Part shown: piece by piece, positions 37,872-49,601 of the stretch
How positions within the stretch are numbered: the first letter of the stretch is position 1
How the letters are laid out: each line of letters opens with the position of its first letter
Assembly (NCBI GenBank): GCA_963720545.1
Contig: OY970399.1
Location: 608,001 to 672,000 of the forward strand
Source: an uncultured Acidobacteriota bacterium
GTDB lineage: Bacteria; Acidobacteriota; Vicinamibacteria; Fen-336
Reading direction: 5' to 3'
Length of the DNA stretch: 64,000 nucleotides
Notes under the pieces: model-generated
What the model was told of the DNA's origin: nothing
Databases searched by the model: none
The model's input: the letters and a program-made list of their open reading frames with translations, nothing else
Made by a program: the position numbers and the translations under genes

Positions 37872-38830
37872 CGCTCCCGGCCCCCGATCTTGAGGATCAC
37901 CTTGCCCGTCTTGCGGCGCCGCGCCGCGACGGTGACCCCGCTAGCCACGATACAACCGCGGATGCCGGCGCCGGAACCGACGGTGACGTCGCTCCACAGG
38001 ACGCTGTCGCGGACGCTCGCTCCCGCGCCGATCACCACCCGTTCGCCCACCACCGACCGCACCACGCTGGCGCTTGGGTCGACGCGCGCGCTGCGGTCGA
38101 TGAGGCGGCGCTTGCGGATGCTGCCTTTGCCGTGGCGCAGCAAGGCGCTGTGCGACTCCAGATAGCGCGCCGGGTCGCTGAGGTCGAACCACGGACCGCT
38201 CACCCGCACCCCGATGAGCTTCTCACCCTCGGCCAGCAAAGGGATGTAGAGCTCCGCGATCAGGTCGGAGGCGCCCGGTGGCAGGCGCTCGAGGCAGGCC
38301 GGGTCCACGACCTGCACCCCGGTGAACATGCCGACCGCGCCGCGTTGCCCCACGGGCTTGCGGCGAATCGACAGGATGCGGCCGTCACGGCCGGTGATCA
38401 CCGGTCCGTAGTGGCGCGGATCGGGGTTCGGCTTCAGCGCCAGCGTGGCGGTGGCGCCGGAGCGCGCATGGCGCTTCATCAAGGCGCGCAGGTCGAAGTC
38501 GAAGTACATGTCGCCGTTCACCAGCAGGAACGGGTTGCTGCCGAAGAAATGGCGCACGCTGCGCGGGCCGCCGCCCGAGCCGAGGATCCGGCGTTCGTGC
38601 GAGTAGCAGATGCGCACGCCGAACTCCTCGCCGCTGCCGACCGCGTCGCGCACCGACGCCGGCAGGTAGTGGAGGTTGATGACCACATCGCGGAAGCCGT
38701 CGCGCGCGAGCCGTTGCAGCGTCCAGTGCAGGAGCGGCCGGTTCAGCACCGGCAGCACGGGCTTGGCGCGCAGGTTGCTGAGCGGCCGCATGCGTTGCCC
38801 GAGGCCGGCCGCCAGGATCATGGCTTTCAT
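37853..38830 (-). CDS. NDP-sugar pyrophosphorylase (MurU-like) with C-terminal hexapeptide region
   Basis: KAMILAAGLGQRMRPL..KP, VNGD; adjacent to the AmgK-like kinase. Confidence 0.88.
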   Translation of the reverse strand: MKAMILAAGLGQRMRPLSNLRAKPVLPVLNRPLLHWTLQRLARDGFRDVVINLHYLPASVRDAVGSGEEFGVRICYSHERRILGSGGGPRSVRHFFGSNPFLLVNGDMYFDFDLRALMKRHARSGATATLALKPNPDPRHYGPVITGRDGRILSIRRKPVGQRGAVGMFTGVQVVDPACLERLPPGASDLIAELYIPLLAEGEKLIGVRVSGPWFDLSDPARYLESHSALLRHGKGSIRKRRLIDRSARVDPSASVVRSVVGERVVIGAGASVRDSVLWSDVTVGSGAGIRGCIVASGVTVAARRRKTGKVILKIGGRERWARIG

Positions 38831-39372
38831 TCCCGGAACACCATGTCGCCGGTGCCGCCGCGCTCCGCGTGCAGCTGCGCGTACGACTCCGCGATGTAGT
38901 CCGCGGCGGTGACGCCGAGTGCCGCCGTCGCCGCGTGGATCGTCGCCACGGGGCCTTCGATCTCGATGTAAACCCCGACCGGGGTCTCGTCGAGCGTGAC
39001 GTTGGCGTCACGCCACGTGAATTCGGCGCGATACTTCTGGTAGCGAAAGACCGGAACAAAACCGAGGCGGCCGAGAATCTCTTCGAGCACCGCGGCATCA
39101 CCCGCCGTCGTCTCGATCTCTTCACGGACCTTGATGCCGTCTCGCACCTCGCCGCGGCCCTTGAAGGTGAGGATGGCGCCGCCGGCGAAACGACGCAGCC
39201 GCAGCAGCTCGCCGCCGGTTCGCAGGCTGCGCTCCCGATCGAAGACGATGTTGTCCTCGAACGCACGTTCCTGGACGCAGCGCGCGCCCAGCTCGTCGAG
39301 GCGACGGCGGGCGCTCGGCACATCGGCCATGCGCACCTTGATCTCGCTTTCGACGTTGCCGGCTGTCGTCAC
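38827..39372 (-). CDS. CYTH-domain protein (class IV adenylate cyclase-like)
   Basis: ESEIK (ExExK), LLRLR, LTFKG, KYR, IEIEG; GTG 39372 overlaps upstream stop. Confidence 0.9.
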   Translation of the reverse strand: MTTAGNVESEIKVRMADVPSARRRLDELGARCVQERAFEDNIVFDRERSLRTGGELLRLRRFAGGAILTFKGRGEVRDGIKVREEIETTAGDAAVLEEILGRLGFVPVFRYQKYRAEFTWRDANVTLDETPVGVYIEIEGPVATIHAATAALGVTAADYIAESYAQLHAERGGTGDMVFRE

Positions 39373-40724
39373 CTGACACCCCGCTGCTTGCCCGCCGAGC
39401 CGATGCGTTCGAGCGCGCGGTCCACGTCTTCCTGGAAACGGCTGTCGCCGATGCCGAGCAGCAGCTTGCGGGCTTCCTCGCGGCGGCCGAGTGCCGCGAG
39501 GCACAGCGCGCGGTTGTAGTCGGCTTCTGGCAGCAACAGCGTGCCGTCCCAGCGTGCCGCTATGGCGGTGAAGAGGCGCAGCGCTTCGGCTGGCTGCTTG
39601 GCGTCGAAGGCCTGGCTCGCGGCCGTCACCTCATCCGCGGGCGCGCCGTTCTCGGCCGGGGCGAGGCCGTTTGGGAGCAGTGCCGACGAAGCGCCGGCGA
39701 CGGGCGGCGCCGGCGGGCGGCGGCTCCAGTTCGCACGCGGCACGGTCTCTCGCACGTCGGTGCGCGCCAGCGCTTCGAGCACCTGCGGCAGCGACTGGTC
39801 GAACGGCGACGGTACGGTGACGATGACGAACGTGTTGCGCGCGGCCACCAGCACCCCCGGTGGTGTCGAGCCAAGAGCCGCCTGCAGCCCCGGGCCGAGC
39901 AGCACCGGCCAGTCGTAGTGATAGAGCGAGAGGCTGCGGCGCAGGGCGGTGTCGTCATCGCGCGACGCTGGCACCATCAGCACCTGGGCGTCGGCGGGCG
40001 CAGCGCGCTTCAGCGCCTCGAGATCTTTCGAGCAGCTGCGGCACGAGGCGTCGGCGAGGTAGAAGACCGTGAGCGGTGCCGCGTCGAGGCGCAGCAATGC
40101 GCCGGAAGAGAGTCGGGCGTTCGGCGGAACGGCGAGCGGGCCGTAGCGAAAGGCTGCCTGCGCCCCGAGCGGTTCGAGGCGCTTGCGGTCGATCTCGGCC
40201 TGCACCGATGGCAGCCCGGCTGCGTCGACCGCGGATTGCAGGGCGGCGAGGTCCTCTGCGGGAATGGCAGCGCGGGTCACCGCGGAGAGCAGCACACCGC
40301 GTGCGTCGCGGGCGCGGCCGGCGCGCACCAGGGCCTCGCCCAGTTGGCCGCGCGACCGTGCGGGATCGAGTTCGGCAGCGCGCGCCAGGAAGCGCGCGGC
40401 CTCGGCGTTCTGCGCCGCGGCGCCCAGCACCTCACCCATCGCCGCGTACAGCTTCGCACGATGCCGCCGGTAAGCAGTGCGCGCTGCGAGGAATTCGTCT
40501 TCGAGCACTTCGCCCTTGCGGCCCGCCTTGGCGAACCGCATCGGGTCGAAGACCCGGGTCAGCTCCAGGGCCCGGCGCGCGTCGTCGCGCGCGGCTGCCG
40601 GCGCTGCTGTCGCGCGGGCCACGGCTGTCGCGGCGAGCCGCTCCGCCTCGTCGACCGGGCTGGGCGCGGGTGCGGCCGCGGAGAGCACGGCACCAATGAC
40701 GACAGCACAATGAAAAGGAGCCAC
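39369..40724 (-). CDS. Exported TPR-like protein with central thioredoxin-like CxxC
   Basis: Ala-rich TPR-like helices; LTVFYLADASCRSC; EADYNRALCL. Confidence 0.6.
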   Translation of the reverse strand: MAPFHCAVVIGAVLSAAAPAPSPVDEAERLAATAVARATAAPAAARDDARRALELTRVFDPMRFAKAGRKGEVLEDEFLAARTAYRRHRAKLYAAMGEVLGAAAQNAEAARFLARAAELDPARSRGQLGEALVRAGRARDARGVLLSAVTRAAIPAEDLAALQSAVDAAGLPSVQAEIDRKRLEPLGAQAAFRYGPLAVPPNARLSSGALLRLDAAPLTVFYLADASCRSCSKDLEALKRAAPADAQVLMVPASRDDDTALRRSLSLYHYDWPVLLGPGLQAALGSTPPGVLVAARNTFVIVTVPSPFDQSLPQVLEALARTDVRETVPRANWSRRPPAPPVAGASSALLPNGLAPAENGAPADEVTAASQAFDAKQPAEALRLFTAIAARWDGTLLLPEADYNRALCLAALGRREEARKLLLGIGDSRFQEDVDRALERIGSAGKQRGVR

Positions 40725-40739
40725 GAAGGCCGCCTGCTT

Positions 40740-41915
40740 TTAGCGCGCCGGCGCGGCCGAGCGCAGCCGGGCGAGCCGTCGTTCTGCCTCGTCGAGGGTC
40801 GCGTCCTTCTTGCAGAACGCGAACCGCACCTGCCGCGAGCCGTCGGCCGCATCCTTATAGAAGGAAGAGCCCGGCACCACGGCGACCCCGATCGTTTCCA
40901 CCATGTGGCGCGCGAACGCCACGTCGTCGGCGAAACCGAACGCGTCGATCTCGGTCATCGTGTAGTAGGCGCCCTGGGGCTTGTGCACCCTGAAGCCGGC
41001 CTGCTCGAGGACCGGCAGCAGGCGGTCACGGCGGCGGCGATAACCCTCGGCGAGCGCCGTGTAGTAGCTGTCCGGAAGCGCCAGCGCCATGGCGCCGGCT
41101 TCCTGCAACGGCGCGGCGGCGCCGACCGTCAGGAAGTCGTGCACCTTGCGGATCGCGCCCGACAGCGCCTCCGGCGCAATCGCCCAGCCGACCCGCCAGC
41201 CGGTGACGCCGTAGGTCTTGCTCATGCCGTTGATGGTGATGGTGCGCTCCGCCATGCCGGGCAGGCTCGCGATCGGAATGTGCACCGCGCCGTCGTAGAG
41301 GATGTGCTCGTAGATCTCGTCGGTGACCGCAACGGCGTCGTGCTCGATGCAGAGTGCGGCGATGAACTCGAGCTCCTCGCGGCTGAACACCTTGCCCGTC
41401 GGGTTGTTGGGAGTGTTGATGACGATTGCGCGGGTGCGCGGGCCGAAGGCCCTGCGCAGCTCGTCGCGGTCGAAGTCCCAGTGCGGCGCGCGCAGCCTCA
41501 CGAAGCGCGGCACCGCCCCCGAGAGGATCGCGTCCGGCCCGTAGTTCTCGTAGAACGGCTCGAACACCACCAGCTCGTCGCCAGGATTGAGGAACGCCAT
41601 CAGCGCCGCCATGATCGCCTCGGTCGAGCCGCAGGTCACGGTGACGTGGCGCTCCGGATCCACCGGCACGCCGTACAGGCGCTCGAACTTCGCGGCGATC
41701 GCATCGCGCAGCGACTTGGCGCCCCAGGTGATCGCGTACTGGTTGACGTCGGCGTCGATCGCGCGGCGCGCCGCGTCCTTGATCTCTTCGGGCGCCGGGA
41801 AGTCGGGAAAGCCCTGCGACAGGTTGACGGCGCCGTGCAGGTTCGCAAGCCGCGTCATCTCGCGGATGACCGACTCGGTGAACCGCGCCGCCTTCTCGGA
41901 CGCGCGCACGCTCAT
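40740..41915 (-). CDS. PLP-dependent aminotransferase class I/II
   Basis: VNLSQGFPDF, NTPNNPTG, DEIY, SKTYGVTGWRVG. Confidence 0.96.
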   Translation of the reverse strand: MSVRASEKAARFTESVIREMTRLANLHGAVNLSQGFPDFPAPEEIKDAARRAIDADVNQYAITWGAKSLRDAIAAKFERLYGVPVDPERHVTVTCGSTEAIMAALMAFLNPGDELVVFEPFYENYGPDAILSGAVPRFVRLRAPHWDFDRDELRRAFGPRTRAIVINTPNNPTGKVFSREELEFIAALCIEHDAVAVTDEIYEHILYDGAVHIPIASLPGMAERTITINGMSKTYGVTGWRVGWAIAPEALSGAIRKVHDFLTVGAAAPLQEAGAMALALPDSYYTALAEGYRRRRDRLLPVLEQAGFRVHKPQGAYYTMTEIDAFGFADDVAFARHMVETIGVAVVPGSSFYKDAADGSRQVRFAFCKKDATLDEAERRLARLRSAAPAR

Positions 41916-42547
41916 GGTGTTGCCGGAGCCTCGGCTGCGTCTACCGCCATGAGCGAGAGGTCGGCGGGGAGCGGGCGCGAAAGATCCACGTGCCCACCGA
42001 GGGTGAGCGTTGGGGACGACTCCACCAGAATCTGCACTCTCTTGAGGGACGGAAAGCTGCTGATGAGCGAATTGACGAGGGAGTATACCGTAAGCAATTC
42101 GCCGTCCGTCCCGCGGCCTGGCGCCGCCGCTTCCTTCGACAGATTGACGATCGCGACGCCGCGCGGCGTGACGAAAGCGTCGAGCACTTTGGCGCCGGCC
42201 GGGAACGTCGGCCGCAGCTCGGCCTGGCCTTGCGGACCGGCGAGCACCGCCTCGGCAGCGAGCCGCACCGCGTGCGACAGGTCGGGCGCCGGCGCCAGCG
42301 CCCGCTCCTCGATCAGCAGGCCCGGGCGATCGCTGGCCGCCGAGAGAAAGAAGAGGCGCGCGGTGGTCGGGGCGCTTGCGGCGGGCGCGGGTTCGGCCGC
42401 CTCGTCGTACTCGCCGGGGGTGGCGCCGCCGGCCGGCGTGCGCAGCAGCCCCGACCAGAAGGGCGCCGACAAGGTGACGAGCAGGAAAAGCGCGAGGAGC
42501 GCCGCCGCCGTCACGAAAATCCTGCCGCGCGGCTCGCTCTCGTTCAC
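41912..42547 (-). CDS. GerMN-domain protein
   Basis: N-terminal TM; ELLTVYSLVNSL...RVQILVE....TLGGHVDL. Confidence 0.85.
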   Translation of the reverse strand: MNESEPRGRIFVTAAALLALFLLVTLSAPFWSGLLRTPAGGATPGEYDEAAEPAPAASAPTTARLFFLSAASDRPGLLIEERALAPAPDLSHAVRLAAEAVLAGPQGQAELRPTFPAGAKVLDAFVTPRGVAIVNLSKEAAAPGRGTDGELLTVYSLVNSLISSFPSLKRVQILVESSPTLTLGGHVDLSRPLPADLSLMAVDAAEAPATP

Positions 42548-43959
42548 GGCTGGCGCTCCACCGGTGAGTAGCGTGACAGCACGGCCACCAGCGCCGAGAT
42601 CACGGCCTGCTGGCCGGCATCGCTCGCGAGGCGCGCTGCGTCCTTCGGGTCGTCGAGGCAACCGAGTTCGATGAGCACGGCCGGCATCGCGGCGCCGGCC
42701 AGCACCCGCAGCGCCGCCGCGCGCGGCGCCGGCTGGCCCTGGCCCATGGCGCTCACGAGCCGCGTCTGCAGCTCGGCCGCGAGCGGCGCGGCGATCGCCA
42801 GGTTCGGCGCCTGCGCCGCGGACCAGGTCTCGAGCCCGGCAACCGGCGGTTGTGTCTGCGGCAGGATCTCCTCGATGATCGAGCGCGTGTAGACGCGCGG
42901 ACCGGGCCAACCGCCGGACTGTCTGGAACCGGCGTGCAACGACACGAACAACTGCGCCTTGAAGTTGTTGGCGATGCCGGGGCGCGCGTCGAGCTCGACG
43001 TCCTCGTCCTTTTCGCGGGTCAGCACCACCTGCAGTCCCAGCCCCGAGGTGAGGCTCGCGCGCAGCTGCTGTGCGAAGCGCAGCACGATCGCCTTTTCGG
43101 TGACGCCTCCGGGGCCGAGCGCGCCGCTGTCGGCGCCGCCGTGGCCCGGATCGATGACGATCGTGCGCAGCCCCGCGCCCGCGGGTCGCGCCGGCACGGC
43201 GCCTGCCACGGGTCCGGGCTCCACCGCGCTGGCGCTGAAGTTCAGGACCAGACGCCGCCCAGAGTCCGGTTCGGACGCGCGCACGTCGAGGAAGCGCGGG
43301 CCGAGCGTCATGACGAGCGAGGTCTCGGTGCCCTGGACGAGCCGCACCGCCTCGAGGATGTCGCCGGTCGAAGCCGACGAGGCGCGCATGTCCACATCGA
43401 CCACGGCGTCGCCGAACGAAACGACCACCGAGTCCTCGGGCCGCGTCATGTGGAACGCCACCGGCGAGCTGGCGTCGAGCGTGATGTCGACGCCGTCCGG
43501 CGTGACCATCTGGCCAATCGTTACGCGCGGCACCGGCGGGTTGCCGATGAGCAGCGCGCGCTGCGCGGGGCGGTACCGCACGGGGATCTGCAGCAGCGGC
43601 CCGAACAGCGGCTCGAGCGAGTCGGCCGGCACCCACCAGTCGCCAGCCTCGAAGGCGCAAGGTGCCGACAACAGCGTCATCTGGCCGGCGGTCGACGCCA
43701 CGTTCTTGCGATCGGAGACGACCAGCTCGCGGTCGCCCCAGGTGAGGCGCAGCGAAGAGCCTTCGGCTCGCGGGCTGAGCCTGAGCTTGTCGGCCAGAGC
43801 CCGCAGCGCCACCCAGTCGGCGCGGCCGCGCGGCTGCGCCGGCACCTCGAAGCGATCGGTCGCGGTCAGGACCAGGAGCGAGGTGCGGGCGGCGAACCCG
43901 GATGCGGCGGCGCCGAGGCACGCGAGTGCTGTGGCCAGGGTGCGGACCGCACGGCTCAT
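42544..43959 (-). CDS. N-acetylmuramoyl-L-alanine amidase (Amidase_3)
   Basis: Signal peptide; IDPGHGG..E, FVSLHA, PAVLIELG. Confidence 0.92.
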   Translation of the reverse strand: MSRAVRTLATALACLGAAASGFAARTSLLVLTATDRFEVPAQPRGRADWVALRALADKLRLSPRAEGSSLRLTWGDRELVVSDRKNVASTAGQMTLLSAPCAFEAGDWWVPADSLEPLFGPLLQIPVRYRPAQRALLIGNPPVPRVTIGQMVTPDGVDITLDASSPVAFHMTRPEDSVVVSFGDAVVDVDMRASSASTGDILEAVRLVQGTETSLVMTLGPRFLDVRASEPDSGRRLVLNFSASAVEPGPVAGAVPARPAGAGLRTIVIDPGHGGADSGALGPGGVTEKAIVLRFAQQLRASLTSGLGLQVVLTREKDEDVELDARPGIANNFKAQLFVSLHAGSRQSGGWPGPRVYTRSIIEEILPQTQPPVAGLETWSAAQAPNLAIAAPLAAELQTRLVSAMGQGQPAPRAAALRVLAGAAMPAVLIELGCLDDPKDAARLASDAGQQAVISALVAVLSRYSPVERQP

Positions 43960-44312
43960 TCGTCGCGGTTGACGGTCGCGGGACTGAAGGCGGGCACGCA
44001 GACGGCCAGGTACTCGGCGCCTTCGGGGGTGCTGTAGCGAACCCATTCGCCGGGCTTGGTCCAGATCGCCTGGCCCTCCTGCACGTCGATCACGCCGCCC
44101 TCGTGCTCGACGCGAACCATGCCGGCGAGCACCAGCGTGTACTCGCTGAACTCGGGGCGTTGCCCGGGCTCGACCCAGCCGGCGGGTGCTCGCATGCGGG
44201 CGACGCTGACCGATTCGGTCGTGGTCGAGATCCGGCCGACGAATTCTTCGATGATCTTGGGAGGCGTGCCTGCCGCGGGGATGGTGATGGGTGCGGCGAT
44301 CAGTCTCGGCAT
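43956..44312 (-). CDS. Cupin-domain protein
   Basis: KIIEEFVGR, GWVEPGQRPEFSEYT, WVRYSTP. Confidence 0.85.
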   Translation of the reverse strand: MPRLIAAPITIPAAGTPPKIIEEFVGRISTTTESVSVARMRAPAGWVEPGQRPEFSEYTLVLAGMVRVEHEGGVIDVQEGQAIWTKPGEWVRYSTPEGAEYLAVCVPAFSPATVNRDE

Positions 44313-44340
44313 GCCTGTTCAGCCTAGCGCAATCCAAATG

Positions 44341-44373
44341 AAACGGCCCCGGGCCGTTGCAGGTCCCGGGGCG
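44341..44373 (-). terminator. GC hairpin downstream of the glycine-zipper gene
   Basis: GCCCCGGG...CCCGGGGC followed by CGTTT on minus strand. Confidence 0.45.
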
Positions 44374-44395
44374 CGCGCGCCTATGCCGAATTCGC

Positions 44396-44818
44396 TTACT
44401 TGTTGCGTGTGGCGATGTCGTAGACGACGCCGGCGACGCCGCCAACGACGGCACCCTTTTTCGCACCCTTGCCGCCGCCCAGGATGGCGCCAAGGCCCGC
44501 GCCGCCGGCAGCCGAACCGCCGATGATGGCGGCGCTCTTCTTCCACGAGCGCGTCTTCTTCACCTCGGTGCGGCGTACGGCCTGCGAGTCGTAACCGGGA
44601 TCGACGACGCGGTCGGCCGCTGCGTAGCGCGGGGCCGCGACGCGTGCGACGGGAACAGGAACCGGTGCCGTCTCGATGCTGGCATCGCCGAGCGCCGCCG
44701 GTGCAGCAGGCGCGACCGCGAGCTTCGACTGGTTGAACGTGAACGCGCCCGACTGCGCGAGCAACACCACGACCGCGACAGCCACCGCCCCAAGTGCACC
44801 ACCGAGAAAGGATTTCAT
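44396..44818 (-). CDS. Small exported protein with C-terminal glycine-zipper motif
   Basis: N-terminal TM; RSWKKSAAIIGGSAAGGAGLGAILGGGKGAKKGAVVGG. Confidence 0.85.
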   Translation of the reverse strand: MKSFLGGALGAVAVAVVVLLAQSGAFTFNQSKLAVAPAAPAALGDASIETAPVPVPVARVAAPRYAAADRVVDPGYDSQAVRRTEVKKTRSWKKSAAIIGGSAAGGAGLGAILGGGKGAKKGAVVGGVAGVVYDIATRNK

Positions 44819-44858
44819 GATCGACCTCCGCTTCCTGATTTGCTTGGCAGCACCAGAG

Positions 44859-44873
44859 GCAATGGTCGTGCCA
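44859..44873 (-). promoter_or_regulatory. sigma54 promoter
   Basis: TGGCACGACCATTGC, exact TGGCAC-N5-TTGC, ~40 nt upstream of ATG with GGAGG RBS. Confidence 0.7.
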
Positions 44874-44961
44874 CGCGGGCCGCGGCATTGCGGTTCAGGC
44901 AGTTACACAAGGCCGCGTGACGCAGCTCACGACGCCGCGTCGTCGCCCGCCGAGGACAGGA

Positions 44962-45612
44962 CTAGCGCGATTCGGGGAAAAGGAGGTCGAGGTGCGTGCG
45001 GAACATGCCCTCAACGTCGAGCGGGATGTCCTTGCCGAAGAGGCCGGTCCAGATGATGCCGACGATCACCGGGGCGATCATGAGCTGCGGGTAGCGGACG
45101 AGGGCGCCGTTTGCTAGCTCGCCGTTGCGCGCCGCCGCGTTCAGCATCGCGACGAAGCGCGCCAGCATGGGTTCGAGCACGGTCTTGCGGTAGGCGTCCG
45201 CGAGCCCGGGGAAGCGCACGCCGTCACCCACCAGCAGCCTGACGATGTCGCCGCGGCTCGAGGTGGCGGCCGCCGCCGCCATCGGCGGCAGGGTGCGTTT
45301 CAGGAAATCGCCGATCCGTTCGCCAGGCCGCAGCTCCGTGGGCTTCACCGTGGCGAGCGGCAGCGCGACGAAGTCGAGGACCAGCCCCTGGAAGAGCGCC
45401 TGCTTGTCCTTGAAATAGAGGTAGAGCGTGCCCTTCCCGACCTTTGCGCGGCGCGCCACGTCTTCCATGCGTGCGGCGGCGAAGCCTCTGGCCGTGAACT
45501 CGGCGAGCGCCGCCGCGAGGATCGCCTCACGCTTGCGGGCGGTTTCCATGGCGCGCGGGCTGCTCACCGCCCGGGGTTTCACGGACTTCCTTGTCTTTTT
45601 CGGTTTCTGCAT
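44962..45612 (-). CDS. TetR/AcrR family transcriptional regulator
   Basis: ILAAALAEF..GF...EDVARRAKVGKGTLYLYFKDK. Confidence 0.95.
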   Translation of the reverse strand: MQKPKKTRKSVKPRAVSSPRAMETARKREAILAAALAEFTARGFAAARMEDVARRAKVGKGTLYLYFKDKQALFQGLVLDFVALPLATVKPTELRPGERIGDFLKRTLPPMAAAAATSSRGDIVRLLVGDGVRFPGLADAYRKTVLEPMLARFVAMLNAAARNGELANGALVRYPQLMIAPVIVGIIWTGLFGKDIPLDVEGMFRTHLDLLFPESR

Positions 45613-45619
45613 CTCGCTC

Positions 45620-45649
45620 TTGACAATACTGACTGGTCAGTCATATATT
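45620..45649 (+). promoter_or_regulatory. sigma70 promoter with a TetR operator palindrome in the spacer
   Basis: TTGACA 45620-45625, TATATT 45644-45649; TGACTG-GT-CAGTCA 45630-45643. Confidence 0.8.
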
Positions 45650-45698
45650 CCCACGCTGTAGCCAGCGCGTCAAGAAAGAAACAACGGAGCCTCTGCAA

Positions 45699-46721
45699 AT
45701 GCACAAGCGAATCGTCCCGGTTGTCGTCCTGCTGGTGGTTGCCGCCGCGGGCACCTGGTGGTGGCTCAAGACGAGGCACCGCCCCGAAGGCGAGCTGGTC
45801 CTCTACGGCAACGTGGACCTGCGCCAGGTCTCGCTTGCATTCGCCGACAGCGAGCGCATCGCCGCGGTGCTGGTGCAGGAGGGCGACGCGGTCAAGGCCG
45901 GCCAGACGGTCGCACGCCTCGACACCGGGCGCATCGAGCCCCGCCTGGCGCGTGCCGACGCAGCCGCCGCTGCGCAAACGGAAGCGCTGCGGCGGCTGCG
46001 GCACGGCAGCCGGCCCGAGGAAATATCGCAGGCGCGGGCGGGTGTGGCCGCCGCCGAAGCGGAGCTCGAGAATGCGCGCCAGCAGCACCAGCGTCTTGTC
46101 GGCATCGAGAGGACCACGAGCGGCCGCGCGGTGAGCGACAAGGACATCGAAGGCGCGACCGCCGCGCTGCGCACCGCGCAGGCGCGTCTCGACAGCGCGC
46201 GCCAGGCGCTCGACCTTGCGGTCCAGGGTCCGCGAACCGAAGACATCGCGGAGGCCAAGGCGCAGCTGGACGCAGCCGCGGCGGATGCGGCATTGCTGCG
46301 CCGCCAGCTGAGCGACGCCGACCTCGTCTCCCCCGTCAACGCGGTCGTCCGCAGCCGACTCATGGAGCCCGGAGAAATGGCGTCGGCGCAGCGGCCTGTG
46401 CTGTCGCTCGCGGTGACCGACCCGAAGTGGGTGCGGGCTTACGTCGCGGAAACCGCGCTTGGCAAGGTGCAGGCGGGAACCAGGGCCGCCGTTTCGGTGG
46501 ACAGTTTCCCGAACGAAAGCTTCGCAGGCTGGGTCGGCTTCCTGTCCTCGGTCGCGGAGTTCACGCCGAAGACGGTACAGACCGAGGACCTGCGCACGAG
46601 CCTCGTGTACGAGGTGCGCATCTTCGTGAAGGATCCGCAGGACCGCCTGCGCCTCGGCATGCCGGCGACCGTGCGCTTCACCGACCAGGCGCCAGAACCG
46701 AAGCAGCCGGCCGGACACTGA
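45699..46721 (+). CDS. HlyD-family membrane fusion protein (YbhG-like)
   Basis: LYGNVDLRQV, AEFTPKTVQTEDLRTSLVY. Confidence 0.93.
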   Translation: MHKRIVPVVVLLVVAAAGTWWWLKTRHRPEGELVLYGNVDLRQVSLAFADSERIAAVLVQEGDAVKAGQTVARLDTGRIEPRLARADAAAAAQTEALRRLRHGSRPEEISQARAGVAAAEAELENARQQHQRLVGIERTTSGRAVSDKDIEGATAALRTAQARLDSARQALDLAVQGPRTEDIAEAKAQLDAAAADAALLRRQLSDADLVSPVNAVVRSRLMEPGEMASAQRPVLSLAVTDPKWVRAYVAETALGKVQAGTRAAVSVDSFPNESFAGWVGFLSSVAEFTPKTVQTEDLRTSLVYEVRIFVKDPQDRLRLGMPATVRFTDQAPEPKQPAGH

Positions 46722-46723
46722 CG

Positions 46724-48477
<1,754 letters not shown>

Positions 48478-48481
<4 letters not shown>

Positions 48482-49601
48482 CCGGCACGCTGCGGCGCCT
48501 GCGCGCCCTCATCCGCAAGGAATCGCGCCAGCTGCTGCGCGACCGCAGCAACGTCGCGGTCGGCATCGTGCTGCCGCTGTTCCTGATCGTGTGCTTCGGC
48601 TACGGCCTGTCGCTCGACGTGAAGGACGTGCCGATCGCGGTGGTCCTGGAGGACACCTCGCCCACCGCCGCCGACGTGCTCGCGGGACTGTGGCTGTCGC
48701 CCTACCTGAAGCCCGTCGCCATGCGCTCGATGCGCGACGCCGAGGCGCTGATGCTGGCGCGGCGCAGTCGACGGCATCGTGCGCATCCCGCCCGACTTCG
48801 CGCGCACGCTCGCGGCCGGCCACGGCCGCATCCAGGTGCTGGTGCACGGCACCGACGCGAACCGCGCGCGCATCATCGGCCGCTACGTACAGGGTGCGGT
48901 GGCGCAATGGCTCGCGCGCCGCTCGTCCGAAGGCTTCGCGCGGCCGACGGCCGGCGTGGCGGTGCTCGAGACACGGCAGTGGTTCAACGAAGCCAACGAA
49001 AGCCGCTACTTCCTGGTGCCCGGGCTGATCGTCCTGGTCATGACCCTGATCGGCGCGTTGCTCACCGCGCTGGTGATGGCGCGCGAATGGGAACGCGGCA
49101 CGCTCGAGGCGCTGTTCGTCACGCCGGTGCGCGCCATCGAGATCCTGCTCGGCAAGCTCGTGCCCTACTTCGTGCGTCGGGCTCATCGGCCTCGCCTTGT
49201 GCCTGCTCGCGGGCGTCTTCTTGTTCGGCGTGCCGCTGCGCGGCTCGATCCTGGTCCTGGTCTTCGCCTCGATGCTGTACCTGCTGGTCGCGCTCGGCTT
49301 CGGGCTGCTGATCTCCTCCGCGGTCAAGAACCAGTTCCTCGCGAGCCAGCTGGCACTGGTCACCAGCTTCATGCCGGCGCTGATGCTGTCGGGGTTCCTG
49401 TTCGACCTCAACGGCGTGCCGGGGTTCGTGCGCGCGGTCTCGACCATCCTGCCGGCGCGCTACTTCGTGGAACTGCTGCAGACGCTGTTCCTCGCGGGCA
49501 ACGTCTGGCCGCTGATCCTCAAGGACTGCGCGGTGCTCGCCTTCGCCGCCCTGGTGCTGTTGGGACTCGCGCGCGCCGCCACCCAGAAGAGGCTCGACTG
49601 A
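48478..49601 (+). CDS. ABC-2 permease (YbhS-like), frameshifts near 48765 and 49175
   Basis: IRKESRQLLRD, AREWERGTLEAL, LMLSGFLF..PARYFV in three frames. Confidence 0.88.
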
